NCBI GenBank assembly: GCA_030390025.1
Contig: JASTWF010000056.1
Coordinates: 434,001 to 498,000, forward strand
Length of the DNA: 64,000 bases
Direction: 5' to 3'
Origin: Squalus acanthias
Lineage: Eukaryota
Within the stretch, counting starts at the first letter, position 1; each line of letters begins with the position of its first letter. The position numbers and the translations under genes were made by a program. Of this stretch, positions 1 through 11,635 are shown piece after piece. The notes under the pieces are model-generated. The model had not been told where the DNA came from and made no database searches. It was given only the letters and a program-made list of their open reading frames with translations.

Positions 1-127
1 ACCTCTGACAGTGCAGCACTCCCTTGGTACTGCCTTGGAGTATCAACCTAGATTTTTGTGCTCAAGTCCCTGGAGTGGGACTTGAACCCACAACCTTCTG
101 ACTCAGAGGCAAGGGTGAGTGCTGACT
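1..127 (-). mobile_element. Deu-domain tRNA-SINE (SacSINE1/AmnSINE1-like), 5' head fragment
   Basis: The reverse complement gives a tRNA-like head with B box (gggttcaagtccc) matching the copies at 18457, 38141 and 40097. Confidence 0.8.
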
Positions 128-232
128 TCGGGCCAACTTTGTGCTGCAGCTCCACGCAATCAACAAATCCATTGTGATGTTGAACTATATAGCTGAAACA
201 GTGTCAGTGAAAGTAGTGATTAAACTGTGCAG

Positions 233-385
233 TACACTGGTCAGACTGCAACTCGAATGCGATGACAAATTCTGGTTGCCAAGGCATAAAGGAAACATTT
301 GAGTGATGGCACAATGACGAAGAAGAGTCACAAGATTAATCCCTAGTGTCAAAGGTCTGAGTTATGAGGAAAGACTTAGATAAAC
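233..385 (+). mobile_element. Highly degraded CR1 LINE ORF2 C-terminal fragment
   Basis: Traces of LVRxQLE..QFW and ctgagttatgaggaaagactt (LSYEERL), typical of the CR1 3' region and similar to the CR1 at 61401-62434. Confidence 0.55.
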
Positions 386-763
386 AGTTTAAAAGGAGCA
401 TAGGCAGTGAGCAGCTGATTAGAAAGAATGGGAACCCCGGGCATTAAAAGTTTAAAAGGAGCAGAAGCTCATACCAGACAAACAGAAGTAAAACCTCAAA
501 AAAGTGACGCCATGGTCTGCACAAAGTGAAGAGCGGCGGACAAGAGGTCCTGCTCGAGAGTGATGGGAAACCTTACCCATGTTAGTTTGGCTTCTAATCC
601 CATCTCTATTACCTGACTCACTCTTGGAGGCATGGAGAGCAATTGGTATACACCTTTGAGCCAATCATGGATTTGACTAGGCCACTGCATCAGTTTCTAT
701 GACACCCCACCTAATGACTGAGTGAGAAACCTGAGAGGGTTTTCTAGTGACAGTATATTATAT

Positions 764-860
764 GGGCATCATTTTAACTTTGTGCGATAGTGTAAAATGG
801 GTGGTAGCGAATCGTCAGTCGGTTGTACATCTCTCCCCATTTTTATTTCCATTGAATTCA
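764..860 (+). mobile_element. Truncated short MITE, same family as 29008-29129
   Basis: actttgtgcgatagtgtaaaatgggtggtagcgaatcg aligns with 29020-29060. A further copy lies at about 12491-12580. Confidence 0.6.
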
Positions 861-869
861 GTTTGATGA

Positions 870-1160
870 TTTGAATTCAGTTTTTTTTAAAAACTGGAAA
901 TAGAAGGCTAGCATCAGTAAAAGTGACCGTAAAACTGTCGGATTGTTGTAAAAACCCAACTGGTTCACTAATGTCCTTTAGAGAAGGAAACCTGCTGCCC
1001 TTACCCGGTCTGGCCTAAATGCGACTCCAGTCCCACACCAACGTGATTGACTCTTAACTGCCCTAGCAAGTCACTCAGCTGTATTCGGTCAACTAGGGAT
1101 GGGCAATCAATGCTGGCCTAGCCAGTGATGCCCACATCCCAAGAATGAATTTAAAAAAAA
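870..1160 (+). mobile_element. 5'-truncated SINE-like retroelement with a CR1-type LINE tail
   Basis: Ends in ctagggatgggcaatcaatgctggcctagccagtgatgcccacatccc plus an A-tail, matching the 3' end of the LINE at 28645-28712. The upstream body is unrelated to the LINE ORF. Confidence 0.7.
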
Positions 1161-1304
1161 GACCAGGTACTCTTTGCAGTGAACCAGCCTGCAATTAAAA
1201 CAAAAATGAGAACCCAAAGTCCATTTGCAGAGAACTAAGAACACTGACTGATGCAATGAGAAAATGCTCAGAAAATGTATGTGTGCATGAAAATCTGGTG
1301 AAAA

Positions 1305-1720
1305 CTGCCCCAATGGCTCTGTGGATAACTCCTCTGAGCCACATTGACTTAAGAAAGCCCGAGGTTCAATCCCTGGCCTGTGCTAAATAAGTTCATCTCA
1401 GCTATGGCAGCAGCAAGGGATGGTACATTTGGCCTCCATGTCCTTTGATCAGAGAGGGGGAAAATTAGCGAAGGCTCCTCCTCCTGGTTGGTGCCTCATA
1501 ACTGCTTATTGAACAGTGCGCGTGTTTGGGCAATGGGAGAGGATAGGATCGAGCTCAGCTGTAATTGTTCCATTATGAAATACCCTGCTGGAAGTCACTG
1601 TCTCAGCTCATACAGGGGGAACAGTCATTTTGGCGAGGTACTGTAGGACTGTCAACACATATGGAACTGTAACCCAGTATAAGTCGGCACTTTCGGGATA
1701 GGAGAGGAGAAAATTGAAAG
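1305..1720 (+). mobile_element. Old tRNA-derived SINE-like repeat (family unassigned)
   Basis: A-box-like tggctctgtgg and B-box-like ggttcaatccc. Related segments lie on the minus strand at 7330-7492 and 43555-43690. Confidence 0.55.
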
Positions 1721-1793
1721 ACGAGCAAATACTTGAACAGGTATGATTAGGGGAAGAGTTGACAAAAGTTACGTTATCAGATTCTGCAAACTA

Positions 1794-3239
1794 GGGGATG
1801 AAATTCGATCGCCCCTGAAAACGGGCGCGGGAATCGCGATGCGAGACCCACTCAGCCGAGTACTGCAGGGCTCCTCCAGAGCGGTCCAGGCAGTGGAATC
1901 ATTGTTTCAGCACGCCAATGGTCTGCCCTATCACATTTCTTGTGGCATCATGGCTCTCATTGTATGCGTGCTGCGCACGTGTGTGTGGGTTGTGAACCGG
2001 AGTCATGAGCCATGTTGTCAGCGGATAGCCTCGTCACCCAGTAGCCGTGGTGGCTGAAATGCAGCTGCTGCAGCGGACTGCCACAGAATGAACACATCAT
2101 AACTGCTGCCAGGATACCGGGGATTGACCTGCAAGATGCCTAAGGTCACATACCAGCTGGACATTGAGGGAGTGGAATCCCTTTCCATTCCGGTGCATGG
2201 CAGAGTTGACATGCGGTGCCCGCAAGGCAATGTGTGTGCAGTCAATGGCACCCTGCACCATGGGGAAGCCTGCAATCCTAGTGCTCACTCAGCGTGCTTG
2301 TCTCTGGCAAGAGAGACTTAAATGAAGTTCTCTCTCTTTGAATAAAGAGCCTCAGTGACATCCCTTATGCAACATTGCACGACAAACTGCAAGATGTTGC
2401 AAAAATCTCCAGCTCCAGCCTGGAAGGAGCCAGACATATAAAAGTTCATCACCACGGTCACCTTCACAGCCACTGACAATGCGGTCCTTGCCCTGCTCTG
2501 AGGTTGCAGTTGTGGCTGCAGTAGTTGGCAGATTTCAATGAGTATCTCCTTAGTGAAGCACAGACATCTCATATACTGTTCCTCGCTGAGGTTCAAGGAG
2601 GAAAATTACTCCCTGAACACCCTGGGCATCTATGACCTCCTGCTGAGAGCCCTTCTCACTCCTCTCCTCCCTCTTCTAGCAGCTTGTCCTACTCTGTGTG
2701 TCCTCTGCTCATTCTCCTAGTCATTCCAAGAGGAAGGCCTACTAGTGCACTAATGTCTGGGAGCAACTAGTTTGTGCAGAAGCTTGAAGTCAGCAAAATG
2801 TACTTCAGCACATCACTCCCTGTACACTTTTAAAACTTGAAACAACTCTGGAAAGCACCAAAATTGTGTAGAATTGTAGCAACAGCCAGAAGAAATCAAC
2901 CAGCAACTAATCTGTAAGTAGTTAATGATTCCTTTAAATAGTGCAGGTGGGGGATCCTTCCTGCTGCTTAATGCGTGTTCAGCTGTGCGAGCTTAAGAGA
3001 GAGCGCTGGCTGGAGCGTTGAGCTCCAAAATGGCAGCACTGGCGTTAAATCAGCATTGCACGCTGATTGACGTTATGATCTGTCTGCTCAGCTTACTTCC
3101 AGCACTAACACCTGCACCAAGATTGCGTCTTGGGCGCTTCACATCACAAGTGTGCGTGCGCCGCAGGTGCCATTTTGGAGCTGTAAGGGCACTCGTAGCA
3201 CCCAAGAAGCGGGTGCTACCCAGCCCAATTACTCACCCC
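1794..3239 (-). mobile_element. PIF/Harbinger DNA transposon (deletion derivative)
   Basis: Imperfect TIRs ggggatgaaatt / aattactcacccc, flanked by cta and taa. Encloses a HARBI1-like nuclease pseudogene. Confidence 0.75.
1850..2750 (-). pseudogene. HARBI1-like Harbinger DDE transposase, frameshifted
   Basis: Pieces read ALSVAVKVTVVMNFYMSGSFQ (HTH), [40 protein letters not shown], and downstream WLMTP...[11 protein letters not shown]. Confidence 0.9.
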
Positions 3240-3299
3240 TAATGTCTGCAAGGGCTCATGGGCACTGGGCTCCCAGAGTCCAACTCAAAAGAAGGCCAT

Positions 3300-3398
3300 C
3301 ATTACAACAGCGACTACACTTCAAAAGTATCTCATTGGCTTTGGAACGTCCTGGTGTCATGAAAGGCCCTATATAAATGCAAGTATTTCTTTCTTTTC
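3300..3398 (+). mobile_element. Deu-SINE 3' tail fragment
   Basis: cattacaacagcgactacacttcaaaag...tatataaatgcaagt matches 18795-18890. Confidence 0.7.
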
Positions 3399-6300
3399 AT
3401 CTTAAAAGCAGCTAAAGAGGCAACCTCTTTCCACTGAAAGCTTATTGACACTTTCGAATGAAAGCCCATTTCAGAACATTTTAAGATTAGGGTATGTAGC
3501 AAGGCAGAAACCATCCAACAGGGAATTATCTGATTTCAATAAGATCTGAGTCAGTCACTGGGTGGATACAACAGTGTGTTAGGAAGTAAAATGCAGAGAA
3601 ACATTCACTAAAAGCATTTCACTTTCATCTTCTTTAGATAGTGGGTACTTTCCAACCTTAGAATTTATCGAGGTTTCATAGACTTAAAATGCTCAGTGCT
3701 GATTGACTCAGTGTGGCTGACGTCTCTCTTGTACTGTGGAATGCAGAATAAAATAGAAGATTTGCATTCATTACCTCCTTGATTTTGGAAAGATGGCTGA
3801 CACGGCTGTTTATGGAGTCACAGATAATCAGCTGATGAGTATTTTAACATACATTCTTTGCTGGTGAAATGTTTAACTGGTGAAAGAAAAAGAAAACTTA
3901 AGTCTCGTAAGGTGGTTGGCGCTTTGTATCTATTCAACAGCTTAAAAATTACACTAAATAGATGCTGATATTTCAATGTGTCGAACATTCCCTTGTTGCA
4001 GTGACAAACAACACAAGGCAGGTATTCATTCACCTGCATGATTGCTCCGCTGCTTCACCGAGAGACTGTTTTCACATACTAATGACAACCCATTTAAACA
4101 AATGGCCACCAGGCAGTCACTCTACCCTGTATCCATTCCAGCAGATGATAGTCATAATGCTTCCAGCACGCCAAATGTCATTCCAGCGTACACAAATAAT
4201 TAAATGACAGTCCAAATTCTGTGCATTGTTAATTGAAAAATTGATTGTTCAGCTTAATTACAGTAATTGATTAAACTCTGACATAAACATGTGAATACAC
4301 AATGTCGTTTAAATCCAGTAGCAGTGGACTCTTGCGCTACGTTTATATAACACAGTGCTGCTTTAAACAGCAGTATTTTGCTTTATCGTGCCTGCCAGTG
4401 CTGTGGAATCCTCCCCATTTATATTGTGGGAAGTTTCCAGAGAAATGACAGCAATGTAAAAAGAACTATCCATGCGCATGCATGCAGAATTGCTTAAAAA
4501 CGAGAATCTTGACTTTCGCTTTTTGGCCACGGATCTTCCCCAATGAATGTTCAACCTGCTCATGGCCAGAAATAATGACAAGTAGTGGCGTCCAGTGCTG
4601 CCAGTGGAGCTTTGACACCAGCCATGCAAAGAACAAACATCTGATGGTGGTACTCTGCCCTGCCGGAGGCACTAGCGCCACCACCTGGCGGTGAAATCCA
4701 TCTGCGGCAGTAGCGCAAAGCAAACTCAAAACCAGTCGACAGTCCGTTTTACCCCTCTCCCCATTACCATTTCTGTGGTGTTAAAACAGGTTGCTGATTC
4801 CCCTCCCGCCATATGTCTTGCAGTGCTGCGAGAGGTTTGGCGCCTGCACTCTTGGGAAGCGATCATGCGTTTTTTTTTAAATATGAGTCTTGAAGAATTT
4901 GACCATGACACTTTTGAGTAAAGGGAGCAACCATACAAAAGACAAAAAAAAAACATGATGCATCAAGTGAGGTAGGCACAGATGAAAGCATAGAATGAGA
5001 AAAGGCCATTCAAGCCCGGTTCTTTCACAGACCATGTGTAACCTGCCCTACTGTGGACTCTACCCCACCTATTTAGTCTCCTGAGCAAAAGTTCTGCATA
5101 AATATTCCGTGGTCCCTAAAAGGAAAATCCTGAATATTCACCCATCCCCTGATCTCGACTCTTCAGTCTGGCCAGCTGACCTCTACAGACACCACTGGGC
5201 TTCACACCACAAGAAGCATTGGGGGGAATTTTTCGGGGGGTCAGCGGGCGCGTTCGGTGGTGGGTCGGGTGGGAAAAAAAATGTCTTGACAACGCGTCAG
5301 GACCCCGCTGTCAACCCGCCGCCATGCGACTTTCCCAGATGTCGGCTCTGTCAGGGCAGAACAAGCCAGACACACAGCGGCGGGGGAGGCAATTCAGGTC
5401 ATTATGACCTTGTTAGCAGCCCAATAAAAAGTATTTTGAGCTCACCTTTACATTTTACGAGGTCGCCCATGGGGTCCATGCTGCTTGGGGATCACGTCAG
5501 GTAAGCAAGTCGGGAGTTGTATGACCATGGGATCATCTCATTACTTGACAGCTGCAAATGTGCTCTAAAAGCTTCCATCTCACAGCTGTTCACTTTCCAA
5601 GCTCAGAAGCTGTTGCTTACTGCATTTGGAAGACAGATTGAGATTTATGCAGTTTCCAAGTGTTTGGAGTAAATGCTCTATCCAGTGTCAACTCATTGGA
5701 ACAACCTCTTTCACCATTGACAGATTGCTTCTGTCATCTCAACTTCACCTGCCATCTATTACATCAGCATCGGTGTCCTTGAAACTGTCTCACCTTGGTC
5801 CTCAGAATCCCACCACGATCAGCCCCAATACCAGCAGCAGCAGGCACACCAGCAGCACTAACAACAACACCAACCTTCTCCTCAATCAACTGATGCTCCA
5901 TAGGACACAGGGCATCAGCACCCGACCACATTGCTACCTGGGAGGCCAGGGATGGCCTCACCATGGCCAGATTTACTTCACTTGACTCTGTAAACCCAGG
6001 CTGCCACATGATGCGCCAGGTTGGCACCACCTCACACCAACACCATAAAGCATCCCTACAATGCCCAAGCCATTTCTTTCACAATCATGACCATTGCGGG
6101 GGTACCATTATGTCTCACCATTCACTGCAACTCACTAAGCCACTTCCAAAGGTGCACACAAATCTTTCCAAGAACGCAAAGTGTTGAAAATAAAGGTTTA
6201 AATGTTTGACGGCATATTAACTTTACATGAACATTGGCTAAAACACCCAAGTGGCTACCCTTGTGTGTTGTTAATTGGTATGATTGGACTAGGATGAGGG

Positions 6301-6479
6301 TGAGTGTGAGGGGTGGTGAGTGAGATGGGGATGTGATAATGTAGATAGAGAGGGATGGGCGGATGTGCAAGGTAAGTTGGTGTGAGTAAGGATGTGCAGG
6401 AGTAGGGTAGGGAAGGCAGAGTGATGTGGATGTGATGAGTGGCACAGCAGGATGAGGTTGAGTGTGGCTTGGCAGTAAC

Positions 6480-6995
6480 GTTTTGTGATCTACTGAGATC
6501 ATTGAAAGGTTTGCGCCACTGCAGCCAGGTCCTCCTGACGACATCCCTGCTGGTGCCCTCCTGTGCAATGTGCAACCAGGCTGTGCTGGTCTCCTGGAAA
6601 GGTCTCTTCCGCCCATTGGAAGAGAAGAGAATCTCCCTGCATGCTGAGACTCCCTGCATAAGCATATGGAGAGAGGGGCAACATGGTGGCATAGTGGTTA
6701 GCACTGTTGCCTCACAGCACCAGGGACCCGGGTTCGAATCCGGCCTCGGGTGACTGTCTGCGTGGGTTTCCTCCGGGTGCTCCGGTTTCCTCCCACAGTC
6801 CAAAGATGTGCGGGTTGGGTTGATTTGGCTATGATAAATTGACCCTTAGTGTTAGGGGTATTAAATACCGGGGGTTACGGGGATAGGGTGGGATATGTGT
6901 CGGTGCAGGCTCGATGGGCCGAAATGGCCTCTATCTGCACTGTGGGGATTCTGTGATTCACATTATGGGAGAGCCTGGGTGCAGCCGTGCACCTT
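6480..6995 (-). pseudogene. Myb/SANT-like DNA-binding protein of a Harbinger element (exon 1), interrupted by a SINE
   Basis: AAPRLS...SLHMLMQGVSACREILF...AWLHIAQEGTSRDVVRRTWLQWRKPFNDLSRS fits the W..IA...RTW.Q.RK.FNDL Myb/SANT-like pattern. Confidence 0.8.
6675..6960 (+). mobile_element. HE1-like V-SINE (shark/ray tRNA-SINE)
   Basis: tRNA head ggtggcatagtggttagcac...gggttcgaatcc. V-domain gtgggtttcctccgggtgctccggtttcctcccacagtccaaagatgtgc. CR1-like tail gatgggccgaaatggcct...attctgtgattc. Confidence 0.88.
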
Positions 6996-7329
6996 TGTGC
7001 ACTGCTAGTCAGTGTTTGCCGCACTTCAATGCTGTAGAACACTGATAGCACAAATGTCAAAATCAATTTGGCCGTGGTCCCTTTAAGGAAACCGGCTGAT
7101 GATGCGTCATCAAATGACGTCATCAGACCCGTTTCCTTCAATTGGCCGGCAAACGCGCTGGGCGGGCTTAACAAGCACAATCAACGCAAAATCATTCTAC
7201 ACAACGGGCTGGAGCCAGCAGCGGGGTTGGGACCCGCCACCGGTGTCGCCGCCACAGACCCACCAAGGTAGGGAAAATTGCAGCCATTGTGTCTGCATGC
7301 CATGGTATTCTCCAATTTCTACTTTCACC

Positions 7330-7492
7330 TCTAGCCCAGAGGCATTACGGCCAATGATAGCATCAGCTGCTGACTCTGAGATCAGCTAGATCGGTACAGC
7401 CTGGGGGGAATATCGAACCTGGGATCTTCCTGACATGTGTGGTTCAGTGCTACACTGGGCACTGTATTCATCCAGGAAGCCACTGGGGAGCT
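7330..7492 (-). mobile_element. Old SINE-like repeat head (family of 1305-1720)
   Basis: Reverse complement gctccccagtggcttcctgga...ccaggttcga...gctgatctcag resembles 1305-1410. Confidence 0.5.
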
Positions 7493-8329
7493 AAAAAAAG
7501 TAATTTTTTATTCTGATCAACTTAAAGGCCTTTCATTCAAATAACATTTTTATGCATTCTGTATTACTTTGCACTTTTCACTGTTAAAAATCAAACAACT
7601 AAAATTTGACACTAGGAGTAGGATTTTACTGGAGTTAGGCCAAGAAGCCAGCATAGCTCCAGCAGAGGGAGACGACAAATCTCTGGCGCCCTGTGCCCCC
7701 ACTACACACAGTATTTTGTGGTGGAAGTGATGGTGGCCATATTCTAATGACACAGACATGGCAGGAATGCTTCATTCAGCGTATTCCTCTAGCACCGCTG
7801 GGCACTAGGAACATTCCTAGTGGTTTCCAGTCTTGCCATGACGGCCGGATGGGGTGATGCTTTTAAAAGTTAAAGGGCTGCCTCAACCTATATAATTGAT
7901 TGTGTAGGCTAGAGCAAGAGTATCGGGCCAAAAATTAAAAAAAAAAAAATCTTGTTGGGCAGCCCGGGAGGTCACTGGTCATATTGTGCCTAAGGCCAGC
8001 TGCAGCCATTTTCTGTCTCTCTTCCCCAGTGGGAATCTGAGTGGATCCCCTCCTAAAATAGGCAAAAGACACCTGGCAACAGACAATCAGCCAATGTTTG
8101 GAGTGCAGGAAAGGGATGGACATAAAAACCTCCCTGCCAGCATTCCAATGGAGAGCAAAATCCCAGCCCACATCTAAATAGAGAGCACTATTCTAGTCAG
8201 TGGCTTGAGTATCTATACCATATATTGATTTTTCACTCATTGGTTATATGGGTGGGGGACTTATGTGACTGCAAAATGGGTTCAGCTTTGCATCAGTGCG
8301 AACCCTGCAATGAAATTGGATGTGAAGTT

Positions 8330-9568
8330 ACCCAATGTGCACCATGGCAATAGCACCAAGACAACTTTAGCCAAAGACAATGATGGCATTCGCTCTGACT
8401 GTGGCTGTGGTGCACTATCCTGCCTTGTCTTCCTTGCCCTTTCCATAGCACTTGATGCAATTAATCATTCTATCTTTCTCTCCTGTTTCTCATCTGCAGC
8501 CCACCACCAAGCCCTTGACTTGTTACACTTGTACTAGTTTCTACAAGGTTAGTGCCTCTCTGACGATGGTTGCTCCTTTGCCCAACTTTGCCCTATCTCA
8601 CCCCTTCTGCCACTAAACCACTATCCAGGTTTGTGCTACCTCAAGACTTGACTTCTCAAGCTCCTTTCTCACTGGCTTCCCAAAATTATCACTATAGAAA
8701 TTCCAATTGTCCCAAATACCATTGTCCATACCCTGTTTGCTCACCAATCACCCATGTTCTTGTTGAGCTTCACTGACTCCCTCTCTCCCAATTCATTAAA
8801 TTCAAAATTGATGTCTTCACTTACAAGGCTTTCCAAGACTTTATTCCACTCCACTTCTGCAACCAACAACAACTGACATTTATATAGTGCCTTTAACATT
8901 GGAAAACATCCCAAGGTGCTTCATAGGAGCATAATCAGATACCGAGCTAAAGAAGCAGATATTAGGATAGGTGACTAAAAGCTTGGTCAAAGTGGTAGGT
9001 TTTAAGGAGTGTCGGAAATGAGGAATAAGGTGGAGGGGCGGAGAGGTTTAGGGAGGGAATTCTAGCATTTAGAGCTTAAATGGCTGAAGGCACAGGCACC
9101 AATGGTGGAGCGAAGTAAATGGCCAGAGTTGGAGGAACGCAGAGTTCTTGGAGAGTTGTAGGGCTGGAGGAGGTTACAGAAATAGAGAGTGGCAAGGCCA
9201 TGAAAGGATTTAAACGCATGGATGAGAATTTTAAAATCAAGACCTCCTCCAGGTCTTTGTCTCAACTCTTGCCCTATCAAACTTGACTCTGGGGTCCTAA
9301 ACCTAATCCTAGCCCTAACCCTAACTCCTCCCAAAATTCCTCACATATTCTCAGATCTTTCCCCACCCTCTGGAACTCCCTAAACCATTTTGTGTTGCTA
9401 CAACCCTCTCTGCATTTAAAAACCTCTGTAAAATCTACCATTTTTACTGTGGCTTCATCCAAATCCCCTAAATCTTCTACAGTTCAGTTTATTGCTCACC
9501 TATGTAAAGTACCTTCCAATGTTTTATTCCGGCATTACAAGTGCTATACAAATATAAGCTGCTGTTGT
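8330..9568 (+). mobile_element. Old L2 LINE (RT remnant plus 3' tail), interrupted by a younger L2
   Basis: Degenerate HSTETAL...DCDCGALS.LV.L.LS.A.D.I.HSI motif at 8340-8480. Tail gtgctatacaaatataagctgctgttg at about 9541-9567. Confidence 0.6.
8862..9241 (-). mobile_element. L2 LINE 3' fragment
   Basis: (CAA)n tail plus catttatatagtgcctttaac. Collinear with the L2 at 25812-26220. Confidence 0.8.
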
Positions 9569-11635
9569 AGATGTGAGATCGCTTCCAAGAGGTAATCGCA
9601 CACAGCTGGAGCTTCATACTCATGTATAAACAGAAAGTGCAGTATTGCTGTTGTCTGGCTGTTGTGTAATGGAAGGTGACACAGAAGCTGCTTGTGTAAA
9701 TTGGGTCTTCTGAAGCCATATTGCATTCTATAGCATCAGTCTGAGACCAGTACCTGTAGTATAACTGGCCCTTTAAAGAAAACTATTTCGCAATTAGATG
9801 TGTACTTTTACAGCTCAGGGTTACAGATGTAAATACATCATTAATACAGAGGTGGTAATTAACAGAGCCAATCCAACCTCCTAATTCATCTTTGTTTAAA
9901 AGCCACCTGCCATTTCATATGGAGAAATGACAATGCAGAGAAAGGCAGAAATATGCATTCCATCTTCTGTCAGTTACGTGACACAGCCATTAGTATAAAA
10001 TATATCTCTAATGGGGAAGAGGAGCACAACAAAGAGCTGAATATTGAACTAATAATCCAAATAAAGATTTATATCTGTCCTTCAAAAGAACAAGAAACCA
10101 CATATTTCAGAGGTTTATACTAGATGCTTTAACAGAAGTGCTATACAGTCTTATTAAGTATCATCATTAATATTCCACCCTTGGTTCACAGATTCCTTTT
10201 GGTTTTATTCAAAGCCAGTCAAACACTAAAAGGAAATGACCTTTAAAGTCTCTGCACCTCTGCTATTATCTGCAATGCCTTTCAACATTATCCCTATATC
10301 TAATATTTTAACAGCATGGTCATATCTAGCATTAATTACCCTTACCACATGTTAATTACCTACATGTTACATATATTCAAGGTTCACAAGGAATCAGTTT
10401 ATTTATATTTAGCTCCTATTAATTGTCCGTGTAGCTAATGACTGACTATTAATTCCTTGGTTGTTCCGGACAAGAATTTTATATATGGCAAGACTTTCAC
10501 CTGCCCTTGTTGTCCCTCATCAGACTCTTTACTTGGCTTCCCTTGACTAGGCTCAAATCATATTCAATTATCCATTTTGTAGCTAATTCAAGTGTTCATA
10601 CATCCTTTGCTTATGAATTTATGAGCCAGTTCAGTTCTGACCTTATCTGACCTGATCTAATTAAATCATCTGAAATACCCCTAATATATGGAACAGATCT
10701 GTGCTCACCTTTGGTTCCATGCAGCTGATGTTAAATTATTTTCTCTGGAACTAACAGTGAAAATAAACCAAAATCTAAATTATTTTACGGTAAGTTACAC
10801 TATCTGCTCTCTCACCAGGCTGTATCTTCCTCCTCCCCCCGCCTCCAACCCTGATCTTCCATTCTCCACCAGTATCTAACTCTGCTCTACATTCCCCCAC
10901 GCTCCCAACCTCTACCTACTCCCTCGCCCGCAATCTCTTACAGTGCTGTGCCTTCCCTCTTGTATCCTCAGCTAACCCTCGCTGCATTTCCTCTACCTCA
11001 GCCCCTAACCCTGGTCTACCTTCCCTCTCCCCCACCCTGCTGTACCTTTCCCTTCATCCTCCCATCCTACTGTACATTCCCCCTAAAGGCTTTTCTGGTT
11101 TCCAGTGTCGCAGTCCTCCCTCAGCCATGGTCCAATTATCTTCTGCCCTCTAACCCCATTGACTTGAACACTTGCCCAGGTCTTGACTCCCTGTGTGCAA
11201 CACCACAGGCGATTGATTACTTAATATTATGGAATCTATATTCGTACAGTATGATTGATATATGTTAGTTGTCTGCGTATATTTTCAATGTGTTTAGAAT
11301 ACGTACACTAAAATGTGAAACCAGTTCTGGAAGAGCTGAAAATACATTTGTTATACAATGGGGAAGAGCACCCCCTACAGCACCAGTGGGACTTTTCTAG
11401 TTTCCACAGTGTCAACTCTTAGCTCTGTGCAGTGAACAAATTAATAACAAATATATTGAATCTGTGAATGATTTTGTGTTCTTGATGCTTCCTGGAAACT
11501 ACATTTAACTGAACAAATTCCTTTTATCTAGGACCTTTAACACTCATCAGAGAGAGCAGATTTCCTTTCCATTTCTCCAACTTGGAATTAAACACAGACT
11601 CACAGGTAAAAGTACATGATTAGAAACCTAAAGCA

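Larger units (their letters stand above)
5221..7285. mobile_element. PIF/Harbinger deletion derivative with convergent nuclease (+) and Myb/SANT (-) remnants
   Basis: TSD ATT at 5218-5220 and 7286-7288. TIR-like ends ggggggaattttt / gaaaattgcagcc. The nuclease C-terminal motif gaggccagggatggcctc (~5942) is shared with 58400 (-). Confidence 0.8.

Noticed and set aside
6680-6745. tRNA gene
   Set aside because: This is a tRNA-derived SINE head continuing into the V-domain. The same applies to the Deu-SINE heads.
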